Below are positions 16,960 through 25,869 of a DNA stretch of 59,518 bases, in pieces. Source of the stretch: a virus (lineage: Duplodnaviria; Caudoviricetes); the IMG/VR virus record IMGVR_UViG_3300048672_000363, positions 1 to 59,518 of that record; one strand, given 5' to 3'. The notes under the pieces were generated by a model. The model made no database searches, was not told the origin of the DNA, and was given only the letters and a program-made list of their open reading frames with translations. Both the position numbers and the translations under genes were made by a program. Position 1 is the stretch's first letter; the number at the start of each line of letters is the position of its first letter.

Positions 16960-17322
16960 ATGAAGAACGTAAAATATATTCACTACCGACCAGTGATGAC
17001 CGACAATATGTACGGTACTGGCGAATGGACTTCCAATGAAGTAAAAGAAGTGCCAGACAACATCGCAGCAAGCCTAGCGCGGCATTGTGATTGCTGGGAA
17101 ATTACCAAAGAAAAAGCAACCCAAACGGTAGAGGTTGTAAAAAAAGACACGTCAGAAGACGATGATTTAGACCAGACAGAGCAGGATTTACGCCTGATGG
17201 ACAAAGAACATTTGCTTGACTACGCAGCGCGTGAATTCCCCGCGATGAATTTCGACAAGCGAAAATCCGTTGATAACCTGCGTGAAGACGTAATCACGCA
17301 TATTCGCCGATTTAGAACATGA
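16960..17322 (+). CDS. hypothetical virion-module protein
   Basis: ~120-aa ORF between the decoration and adaptor genes. Confidence 0.65.
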   Translation: MKNVKYIHYRPVMTDNMYGTGEWTSNEVKEVPDNIAASLARHCDCWEITKEKATQTVEVVKKDTSEDDDLDQTEQDLRLMDKEHLLDYAAREFPAMNFDKRKSVDNLREDVITHIRRFRT

Positions 17323-17987
17323 CACTCTCACAGTTAATCGCGCAGTTCCGCACCGAAGTTATGGATACGGCAGCAGTTCCGTTTTGGACTGATGCCGAGG
17401 TGATGATGTGGCTTAATGAGGCGCAGGACGAGGCTTGTATCCGCAAGCGTTTAATCCGCGACCGTTCCACAACAGCAATTTGCACGATTAACATTGTGGC
17501 GGGAACACCAACTTACGCGATTGATAGCCGCATTATCTGTATTGAGCGCGCTGAAATTGTCATTGCAGGGTCGGTGGGCATGATGCCGTGGGTGCTTGTA
17601 CAGACTAGCCATGCAACTATGGATAGACTAACTCCTAATTGGCGTTGGCTTACCGTCATTCCGTCAGGGTTTATCCACAATGACACAACCATTGAGGTAT
17701 GCGGCAAGCCAAACAACAACTACACCATGACGCTTGACGTGTTTAGGTTGCCAATCGCGCCTATGGCACTGCCTACAGACGCGCCGGAGATTAGCGCAAA
17801 ACATCATCGCCACTTGGTTAAGTGGGCAAAGTACCGCGCCTATGAGAAACAGGATAGCGACACCCAAGACGTAGCAAAATCTGCGCAATTCTTGGCGCAA
17901 TTCGAGGACGTTTTCGGCAAACAAGTTGACGCAGACACTCACCGCCAAGAATATGCCAACACACCCCACCGGACGCGGACTTATTAG
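17319..17987 (+). CDS. head-tail adaptor (podoviral tail tubular A-like)
   Basis: MTLSQLIAQFR..FWTDAEV..WLNEAQDEAC..PEI..HHRHLVKWAKYRAY motifs. Confidence 0.75.
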   Translation: MTLSQLIAQFRTEVMDTAAVPFWTDAEVMMWLNEAQDEACIRKRLIRDRSTTAICTINIVAGTPTYAIDSRIICIERAEIVIAGSVGMMPWVLVQTSHATMDRLTPNWRWLTVIPSGFIHNDTTIEVCGKPNNNYTMTLDVFRLPIAPMALPTDAPEISAKHHRHLVKWAKYRAYEKQDSDTQDVAKSAQFLAQFEDVFGKQVDADTHRQEYANTPHRTRTY

Positions 17988-17989
17988 CT

Positions 17990-19207
17990 ATGCCTAAGCC
18001 ATACTACGACACGGAGAACCAGCGCGACACGTTCAACATGGAGGCTTTCGCAGGGTTGCGGAACGACACCACCCCTGAACGGTTTACCCGTGCCGATTTA
18101 TCCGTGGCGAATAATGTGGACATTGATAATACTGGGCAAATTTCACTCAGAAGCGGCTATACGTTGGTATCAGCGGGCGCGTTTCATTCGCTCTACGGCG
18201 ATCCTACGAGGCGCGTTGCGGTTGTAAATGGCGTTTTCAGTAGCATTGACGCTGCAAATGCGATTACTCCATTGAAAAGCCTGACAGATGCGGTTAGTAA
18301 AATCGGCTATTCCGTATCGGATAATCGCCTATTCTTTTCAAACGGAACGGATAGCGGCGTGCTGCAAAACGGATCGGTTAGAACTTGGGGGCTTACACCA
18401 CCTACCGCATTAGGCGCGATAGCAACAATCGGCAACCTTCCGGCTGGAAGCTATCAATTCACCATGACTTACGTTAGGAATGACGGGCAAGAATCCGGCG
18501 CGGGGCTTGGTGGCATTTTGACACTTCCATTAGGTAGTGGTTTGACATTTGCCCTCCCAGTTTCAAGCGATCCAAGCGTGACCAGCAAGAATATCTACCT
18601 AACTACGCCAAACGGCGGCGTGCTTTATTTGGCAATGTCCGTGCCGAATGCGCAAACAACAGCAAGCTATGTTGGCGATACAAAAGAACTCAACCTAGAA
18701 TTGATTACCCAGTTCATGGAAAACGCGCCAAGCGGTCAGCTATCCGTTGTTTACAAGGGTAGAATGTACGTTGCCAGCGGTTCTATGCTGTACCCAAGTC
18801 AACCATTCAACTATGAATTGTTTAACTTGCGCGAGGCGATTGCCCTAGACGGCAGAATCACAATGCTTGCGGCGATTGAAGAGGATAACAACCTGTTCAT
18901 CGGCACAGATAAGAGTGTGGGCATTGTCGTAGGCGACACGCTTGAGGAATTTAAGTATATTCCAAAGCTGAACTATGGCGCGATTGAAGGCGCATTGACG
19001 TTTGTGGACGGCTCGCTGTGGGGTGATAACTCAACGAATGCCCGTATGCTGCCAGTGTTTCTAACTACACGCGGAATTTGCGTAGCCATTCCGCAAGGTG
19101 AAATCAAGAACACGCACCGGACACGGTACAGCTTCACCACGTCAGGACAAGGCGCGGCATTGTTTAACCCAGTTTCAAACAGGCTGATTTTGTCGGCTTA
19201 TCATTAA
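17990..19207 (+). CDS. tail nozzle / DNA stabilisation-like protein
   Basis: FAGLRN..ANNVDID..G..LRSGY N-terminus, beta-rich, follows the adaptor. Confidence 0.6.
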   Translation: MPKPYYDTENQRDTFNMEAFAGLRNDTTPERFTRADLSVANNVDIDNTGQISLRSGYTLVSAGAFHSLYGDPTRRVAVVNGVFSSIDAANAITPLKSLTDAVSKIGYSVSDNRLFFSNGTDSGVLQNGSVRTWGLTPPTALGAIATIGNLPAGSYQFTMTYVRNDGQESGAGLGGILTLPLGSGLTFALPVSSDPSVTSKNIYLTTPNGGVLYLAMSVPNAQTTASYVGDTKELNLELITQFMENAPSGQLSVVYKGRMYVASGSMLYPSQPFNYELFNLREAIALDGRITMLAAIEEDNNLFIGTDKSVGIVVGDTLEEFKYIPKLNYGAIEGALTFVDGSLWGDNSTNARMLPVFLTTRGICVAIPQGEIKNTHRTRYSFTTSGQGAALFNPVSNRLILSAYH

Positions 19208-19241
19208 CTCTCGCTGAGATAGCGACACGAAAGGAAACATC

Positions 19242-20012
19242 ATGGCATTGCGATACTCTACCGCTGCGCTCAACTTCTTCGCTCAAGAAGGCTCTTTGAA
19301 GGATGCTTTCACGGGCGGACGAATCGAAATCTACACCGGAACGCAACCAGCAAGCGCGGACGCTGCCGCCACTGGAACGCTACTGTGTACAATCACCAAT
19401 AACTCACTTGCTCACACCCCCGCTGTTTTGGCGACTGGAACGGTTACGCTGACAGCGGGCGCGGCTGGTTCTGTTGATACGGTCACGGTAAACGGCGTGA
19501 ACATCTTGGGCGCAGCAGTCCCTTTCAATGCGACCTTGACGCAAACCGCCGCCGACGTTGCAACAGCAATCAATCGCACAATCTCAACCACAGATTACAA
19601 TGCAAGCTCTGCTGGTGCGGTCGTGACAATTCGAGCGCGCCGTGGCAGTGGTGTCGCTCCAAATGGCTTGGTGGTTGCGGCTACTTCCACCACAATCACT
19701 ACGTCAACTACCAACATGGCGGGCGGTGTAGTTGCGGTGAACGGACTTAATCTTGGCGTTGCATCCGCCGGAACAATTGACAAAGACCCTACTCAAGTTT
19801 GGTCTGGCGTTAATGTTGCGACTGGTGTTGCGGGCTGGTATCGCCGCTATTCATGCCTTGCGGATTCTGGCGCGCTGGATTCTGCGGCTCAATTTGTACG
19901 CGAAGACGGTGCTTACCAAACAAGCGGTGGCGAATTGAACGGCTCTACAACCTTCACAATTGGCTTACCTTCGTTCATTGGTCAATTGGCTACAACCGAA
20001 ACAACACTGTAA
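19242..20012 (+). CDS. virion structural protein
   Basis: A/T/G-rich; IEIYTGTQPASAD..GTLLC and ATGVAGWYR motifs. Confidence 0.65.
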   Translation: MALRYSTAALNFFAQEGSLKDAFTGGRIEIYTGTQPASADAAATGTLLCTITNNSLAHTPAVLATGTVTLTAGAAGSVDTVTVNGVNILGAAVPFNATLTQTAADVATAINRTISTTDYNASSAGAVVTIRARRGSGVAPNGLVVAATSTTITTSTTNMAGGVVAVNGLNLGVASAGTIDKDPTQVWSGVNVATGVAGWYRRYSCLADSGALDSAAQFVREDGAYQTSGGELNGSTTFTIGLPSFIGQLATTETTL

Positions 20013-20018
20013 TCAATC

Positions 20019-20861
20019 ATGCCGTCAACATTCCACACAGTAAACTTTACTGACGCAACCGTTAATATGCTTACGGGTGTAGTGTTGACCGCGCCTAGCC
20101 CAATTGCCTACGCTAATCCGTACAGCGGGGCGCAAACAGCAGACCCAAGCGTTGCGCCTTCCGGCTCTTTTGTGTGGGCTAATTACCTAGATAGTGTTTC
20201 ATTGTCTGGAATGTTTGCCCCCGCGTCTGCCGGAGCGGTTAATGTGACCGGAACTTGCTCGCCAGTGGTTGCGGCTAATGCCTTGGCTGTTTCAGGCATT
20301 ACAACCGTTAGGGTTTATGATGCCGCTGGCAATGCGCTTTTCGATATCCCTGCCATTGGCGTGACAAGCTCAAGCGTGTCCGTCGCAGGAGTTGGCGTTT
20401 CAATAACCGCGTTGCCTATTTCTATTGCAAAAGATACGGCAACCGCGTCATTTAGCGTAAGCACTGTAAACCAAGTACTAGACAATTGGTGCGGGACTTC
20501 TCCAACGGCGATTGAGTTTTTCGCAAGCACATTATCGGCAAGCAATCTTGATATTTACGACGGTGTAATGCCCGCAAGCGCAGATGATCCTCCAGTCGGT
20601 ACGCTGCTATGCCAAATCCCCTTGTACTCTTTTGGTGCTTCGTCAATTGGCACGGCTTACCTAGTTTCTGTAATGACTGGCACAGCTATTGCGACGGGAA
20701 CGGCTACATACTGCCGAATCTCAAAAACGATAGGCGCAAAGACGTACACGCTGCAATGCGTGGCAACTAACGGGTGGGGTGCTGGATTGATGCTTGACAA
20801 CTTATCCGTGTCAAATGGTGCGCCACTATCTTTGATTTACGCGCAATTTAGCTCGCCATGA
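20019..20861 (+). CDS. virion structural protein, paralogue of 19242-20012
   Basis: LDIYDGVMPASADDPPVGTLLC and ATGTATYCRI match the motifs of the upstream gene. Confidence 0.6.
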   Translation: MPSTFHTVNFTDATVNMLTGVVLTAPSPIAYANPYSGAQTADPSVAPSGSFVWANYLDSVSLSGMFAPASAGAVNVTGTCSPVVAANALAVSGITTVRVYDAAGNALFDIPAIGVTSSSVSVAGVGVSITALPISIAKDTATASFSVSTVNQVLDNWCGTSPTAIEFFASTLSASNLDIYDGVMPASADDPPVGTLLCQIPLYSFGASSIGTAYLVSVMTGTAIATGTATYCRISKTIGAKTYTLQCVATNGWGAGLMLDNLSVSNGAPLSLIYAQFSSP

Positions 20862-21379
20862 TTAACTTCAACCTACCTTCCGCTGGTGTTTCGGTTGCAA
20901 TTGGTAGCAACTCTCGGAGCGCGGCGACTGCAAACGGCGGCATGATGATTGCTGGTTTAAATAATCGGCAACCATTTTCAGGCTTAGGCGTTTCTATGCC
21001 TTCGGCAATTAACATCCGGCTAAGGACAAACAACCGCACAAGCGCAACGACCGAAAAGGTTGTCACTGGGGCGCAATCCCAAAAGGCAAAGCTATCAACT
21101 GGGAGTCTTTCCGTTGCATCGGTTGCGAATGGTTCAAATAGTAAACAACTAGCAACGTCTCTAGGATTCGCTATAGGCGCGGCAATCGGGCGAGGCGGAA
21201 CTCAGTACCGGCAATCAACGGGCGCGCTACATTCAAACGTGTACGCGACTGGCACTTCATACCGCAGCCAATCAACCGAAAGCGGGGCGATGTTGTTTGT
21301 CTTTTCTGGGGGAGGCACTAAGCAAAACAAGGTTGCTTTAGGCTTTGGCGGGCAGGCAAACATCATAGTCGGGGGATAA
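20858..21379 (+). CDS. G/S/A-rich virion protein (putative)
   Basis: 173-aa ORF in the structural operon. Confidence 0.55.
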   Translation: MINFNLPSAGVSVAIGSNSRSAATANGGMMIAGLNNRQPFSGLGVSMPSAINIRLRTNNRTSATTEKVVTGAQSQKAKLSTGSLSVASVANGSNSKQLATSLGFAIGAAIGRGGTQYRQSTGALHSNVYATGTSYRSQSTESGAMLFVFSGGGTKQNKVALGFGGQANIIVGG

Positions 21380-21901
21380 ATGCGCGCACTTCAATTTGTA
21401 AGAAGCTCAGGCGTGGCAATCGTAAACGCAAAGGTGTTTACGACATATTCAATGCACACGGAACGGCAAGCGTTATCCACTTACACAAACTTTCCGTTTA
21501 ATTCGTTTTGCGAGTTCAACGGTAAATTTTACGGCGCAAGCGATGCGGGACTATTTGAAATCACGGGCGCAACCGACAACAACACACCCATTGCCGCAAT
21601 CTTTACCACTGGCATTACTGATTTTGACAGCGCAAAAACGAAGCGCGTGGATCGTGTTTATTCCAATATGCGAGGCGGCGCGTTGAATGTTCGCGTGATT
21701 GCCGACGAATCATCAAGCAACAGCTACACAATTCAAGGTGGTGCGACACTGCATCCTGTTCGTGCAATACTTGGGCGCGGCGTGACTGGGCGTAATTGGC
21801 AGTTTGAGATAACCAATGTGTCCGGCTCTTCATTCACGATTCAAGGGTTAGAGGTTAAGCCGCAAATCCTAGACAGACGACTGGGCGGGCGGTATGCGTG
21901 A
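21380..21901 (+). CDS. virion/tail protein (putative)
   Basis: YTNFPFNSF..TGITDF..GRGVTGRNWQF; possibly a separated nozzle C-terminal-like domain. Confidence 0.55.
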   Translation: MRALQFVRSSGVAIVNAKVFTTYSMHTERQALSTYTNFPFNSFCEFNGKFYGASDAGLFEITGATDNNTPIAAIFTTGITDFDSAKTKRVDRVYSNMRGGALNVRVIADESSSNSYTIQGGATLHPVRAILGRGVTGRNWQFEITNVSGSSFTIQGLEVKPQILDRRLGGRYA

Positions 21902-23477
21902 TACTGGAGTAGTCCGCAAGCGAACAAATGACGCGGGCGCGCCTTACATTCCAATGGCGCGGCTTCAATTGGGCATCTTGAAAAACCTCATGGCACTGGG
22001 CGAGATTCAATCAAACTCGCGCAGCATTACGCTAGACAACGGTGTTGTCATTCACGTTTCATCCGTAATGGGGCAGGACACAATAAAAATAACCGTGCCA
22101 GAATCGTTGCAAGGTCAGGAAGAGCAGCTATTTGTAGAGGTCGGACAGCCTGACCATTTTAAACTTTACTGCGCGCTTTCAACGGATGGCTATGTAGCTT
22201 ACTCAAAGGACGGTATCGGGTGGGTTGTTGCTCCACTTCCAAAACTAACCACCAATTGGGTATCTATCGCCTCAAACGACAGCAGCATTATGGCTGTATC
22301 AAGTGACGGCTATTACGCTATGACCCGCGACGGCATGACGTGGCGCACAGGGACGATCCCACTAGCAAACATTAGAAGCGTGGCAAAGCATGGCGGCGCA
22401 TGGTTCGTTGTTGCGAATGCTGACGGTAAAGCCGCCTATCAATCGGCTAACGGCTGGACTGTGATAGATACCGCGCCAACGTCACCATTTGTTGCATCCA
22501 ATGGCGCGAGCGTAGTCGCTTCGCAATATCCGGTTGTCTGGAATACAAAGGCATTTGTCACCACTGATTACAAGCGCAGCGGATTCGTTCCTGCTTTCTC
22601 TATTGTGGATGGTGTTGTATCAGGCGCGCCTAATCCAATCGTTTATGACACCATCCCCCGCGCCGCAATGATTCGCACGGTAGATTACTACGGATGCCCT
22701 CCACTTCCATCCGTTAAAGAGTTTGTGTCTTGGACTGATTACAAGTCTATCGGGTATATCAACACCATTCATAACCAGCAATTTATCACCTCAACCGATC
22801 AATCAACCGAGGTTTTCGGCGCATTCCCAACTTATCCAGACGGCTTTGTGCCTATGTACCTTGACATTACTAGGGTTGAAAACTTCCCGCTTTCGCCGTG
22901 TGGCGTTGGCGTGACGACAATCGAATACGCCCAGCACATTGACGCTTATGGAGTTAGAGGGGTTGAATTCCTGTATAGAACGGCATCCGTAGTATCAAGA
23001 GCGGGCGGTTATTACGAGTTCCTTGGTGAGCTAATAGGCGGCACGGCGTGGCAACCAATTGAGCGCAATCACTCAAACGGCGCAAAGCTGACCGTAAATA
23101 AGGCGACGATTGCCGCGATTGTCCCGCTATCAACCGCCACATATAGCCCGCCATTTATTGATAGCTATGGATATGTCAACCAAAACGCCATAGCAACAAA
23201 GTACAAATACGCATTCTTTACTAGTGCCGATAATGGCTTAACATGGCTACAAGGCTCTGACTTAAACAACGATACTGATACAATGGCAGGGGGAAGCGTG
23301 ACCGCGATTGCCTCCAATGATGCGACATATTGCGTATTGGCAATTGACGGAAGAACCGAGGTATCTGGCGACGGGTTTAAGTGGTCTAATGGCTTGATAC
23401 TAACGGCAGGTGGTCAAGATAAATTTTGGGTATCGCTATGCGCAAGCCCTTTGATTACAAAGCAACGAGCAGTTTAA
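21894..23477 (+). CDS. beta-propeller (Asp-box/BNR) tail-associated protein
   Basis: Repeated YSKDGIGW, MTRDGMTW, TSADNGLTW and VSGDGFKW Asp-box-like motifs. Confidence 0.6.
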   Translation: MRDTGVVRKRTNDAGAPYIPMARLQLGILKNLMALGEIQSNSRSITLDNGVVIHVSSVMGQDTIKITVPESLQGQEEQLFVEVGQPDHFKLYCALSTDGYVAYSKDGIGWVVAPLPKLTTNWVSIASNDSSIMAVSSDGYYAMTRDGMTWRTGTIPLANIRSVAKHGGAWFVVANADGKAAYQSANGWTVIDTAPTSPFVASNGASVVASQYPVVWNTKAFVTTDYKRSGFVPAFSIVDGVVSGAPNPIVYDTIPRAAMIRTVDYYGCPPLPSVKEFVSWTDYKSIGYINTIHNQQFITSTDQSTEVFGAFPTYPDGFVPMYLDITRVENFPLSPCGVGVTTIEYAQHIDAYGVRGVEFLYRTASVVSRAGGYYEFLGELIGGTAWQPIERNHSNGAKLTVNKATIAAIVPLSTATYSPPFIDSYGYVNQNAIATKYKYAFFTSADNGLTWLQGSDLNNDTDTMAGGSVTAIASNDATYCVLAIDGRTEVSGDGFKWSNGLILTAGGQDKFWVSLCASPLITKQRAV

Positions 23478-23489
23478 CGGAGGCTAATC

Positions 23490-24791
23490 ATGGCTTTTGA
23501 GACAGTACCGATTTTACCAACACCGCCATTTATCAACACAACCTACACCGGATTGCCTACGCCACCAAGCGCGCCAAATAACGGCGCACGGGCATCTGTT
23601 GAAAGTAGCTTGGCGTTATCGCATGGGTACGCAAAGAACGCGGTTGATTCGGCTAATCAATTCATTGCCAGCCTAAGCGGGTTGAGTAATCAGATTGTGA
23701 GTGTTGGCGCAGTCAATACAGCACTAAACGCCCCTCCAGCTTTATCACTCGCCGCGCTTGACCAGTTAATTTCAGCACGACCCGCGCCGTTGAATTTCAC
23801 CTCGCCCGTTCCCGTACCGGACTTAGCTTTAATATCCAACATGATCGCCGCCCCCGCTGGTAATGCGGGTGTGTTTACTGAGGCGCAATTTGTCGGGTAC
23901 GCTAATCAAGCAATGACGGTGATTATGTCATGGATTAACGGGGCTTCAACAGGGTTATCCCCAACAGTAGAACAGGCACTATGGGACAGGGCGCGCAGCC
24001 GCGAGTATGTAAGCTCGCAGCGGAAGATCGGCGATATTGTCCGGCAATATGCGTCTAAGGGGTTCCCAGCCCCGCAAGGAGCAATGTTCGTCGCCATGCA
24101 ATCAGCCTTGCAAGAATCGCAGTCTGCCGTGTCGGAGGTAAATCGTGACGTTGCAATTAAGCAGGCGGAATTGGAGCAAGCTAACCGACACTTCGCGCTA
24201 GAAATGGCTGCGAAGTTTGAGCAGATTCTTTCTGACGCATGGACTGCACACATGGGCAGATTGTTGGAAGACGCTAAACGATTGCAACAGTACACCATCG
24301 ACCTATTTCAGCAGCAGGTCGCGCTAGAAGGAATGAAGACGCAGCGGTTTTCGGCGAAACTAGGCGCGGCGGTTGACGTTTACAAGGCGGATGCGGATGT
24401 TGGTATCGCAAAACTTAGGGCGGATACAGAGGTTTACACAGCGGGCGCACAGGTTTATGGTGCAAAAGCGCAAGCCATGACAGCGGAATTTAAGGCGAAC
24501 ATTGATCTAGAGATTGCCCGTGCATCGAACGCAATTGAGGCATCAAAAGCCAACGTACAAGCGATGATTCAAAAGGTCGGGCTACAGGTTGAAGCGGTAA
24601 AAGCTGGTGCAACCGTGGCGGCGCAACTCGCGGCGGCATCATTAAGCGCGGTGAATGTAAGTGCTGGTATCAGTCAATCAAGCAACGATAGCGCAAGCAT
24701 GGGGCAAAGTTGGAGCTTTGGAATTTCCAAACATGAAAGCTCTAGCGTTTCTGTTTCGCAATCTAGAAGCGATAATGCGACATTGGTATAA
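23490..24791 (+). CDS. internal virion / ejection protein (putative)
   Basis: Ala-rich helical protein (ALWDRAR..SKGFPAPQG) located before the large internal proteins. Confidence 0.55.
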   Translation: MAFETVPILPTPPFINTTYTGLPTPPSAPNNGARASVESSLALSHGYAKNAVDSANQFIASLSGLSNQIVSVGAVNTALNAPPALSLAALDQLISARPAPLNFTSPVPVPDLALISNMIAAPAGNAGVFTEAQFVGYANQAMTVIMSWINGASTGLSPTVEQALWDRARSREYVSSQRKIGDIVRQYASKGFPAPQGAMFVAMQSALQESQSAVSEVNRDVAIKQAELEQANRHFALEMAAKFEQILSDAWTAHMGRLLEDAKRLQQYTIDLFQQQVALEGMKTQRFSAKLGAAVDVYKADADVGIAKLRADTEVYTAGAQVYGAKAQAMTAEFKANIDLEIARASNAIEASKANVQAMIQKVGLQVEAVKAGATVAAQLAAASLSAVNVSAGISQSSNDSASMGQSWSFGISKHESSSVSVSQSRSDNATLV

Positions 24792-24803
24792 AGGAAAATA
24801 ATC

Positions 24804-25850
24804 ATGGCAATGCAAGAGATAGGTTTAGATATTCGTGACGCTGCAATCAAAGCAAAAGAGGCTGGTAAGCGTGGGCTAGAGGCTGTAGCGGGCGCGCCAC
24901 GAGCAGGGATGGAGACAATCAAAGGCGGGCTTAATGCGTACAAGGAGGGAGTTCACAACCTTGCGCAAGGGTTGCGAGGAATTCCGGTTGCCGCCGCGCC
25001 AATTGTCGCAGGTCAACAAGCTAATGCCGCCGCTGGGCAACAACAAATGCCCGCGCCAAAAGCCGCAAAACCCGCCGCACCACAAGTTGAAAAGCCCGCC
25101 GTTGATTTAGGCATTCCAAAAACGCAAGGCGCAAACAATGTTTACGACAACGAGCGCGCACAAGGGCTGACAAGTCGCGTGAACACTGTTTCATACGCCC
25201 CATACCTAAAAGAAGCCGCCGCAATTGACGCAAAGAAAGCCGCCGAAGATGCGACGAACCCACTGGAAGAAGGGATGAAATACCAGCAAGCGCAGCAAGC
25301 GCAGAATCTAGCCACAGCAAAAGCTGTGTATGACGCGGCACTGGCAGAGAATCCAAACGTCCCGCGCATCGCCATGATGAAATACCAAGAGGCATTGCAA
25401 GCTGGTGGTCAAAATAACATGGCAGGGTTGAATGTTGGGATGGCTGAAAAGTCAGCCGGAGAACAAGCTGCAACAGAGCGGCTAGGCTTACAAGAGGCTG
25501 GGCAGAATCAGCGCAGTGCCGCACAATTGGCGCAAGCTGGTGAGCAGCACGCTGGATTATTGGGATTGCGTAGCGCGGAACTTGAACAGCAACGGCGCGC
25601 ATGGGAAAATCAACTGCAAGGAACTGGGCGCAAGGTAATCAAGGAAGACCCAATGACTGGCGAAAAGACCGTTTCCGAGGAAATGCAGTCCAATCGTGAA
25701 ATCGCACAAAAGGCGGAGCAAAACGCAGCGCGCAAAGGTCTAGTGTCTAACCGCACAGAAAAGGCAAAAGCGGAGTATGATTCTATTTATGGAAAAGGAA
25801 GTGCGGACAAGTTCCTGAACTTCTATGATGAGCGCGTAAAAGCCCAATAA
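24804..25850 (+). CDS. internal virion / ejection protein (putative)
   Basis: A/Q-rich helical 348-aa protein with LQEAGQNQR motif, immediately before the giant gene. Confidence 0.55.
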   Translation: MAMQEIGLDIRDAAIKAKEAGKRGLEAVAGAPRAGMETIKGGLNAYKEGVHNLAQGLRGIPVAAAPIVAGQQANAAAGQQQMPAPKAAKPAAPQVEKPAVDLGIPKTQGANNVYDNERAQGLTSRVNTVSYAPYLKEAAAIDAKKAAEDATNPLEEGMKYQQAQQAQNLATAKAVYDAALAENPNVPRIAMMKYQEALQAGGQNNMAGLNVGMAEKSAGEQAATERLGLQEAGQNQRSAAQLAQAGEQHAGLLGLRSAELEQQRRAWENQLQGTGRKVIKEDPMTGEKTVSEEMQSNREIAQKAEQNAARKGLVSNRTEKAKAEYDSIYGKGSADKFLNFYDERVKAQ

Positions 25851-25869
25851 TAACCAAGATAAAACAGCC

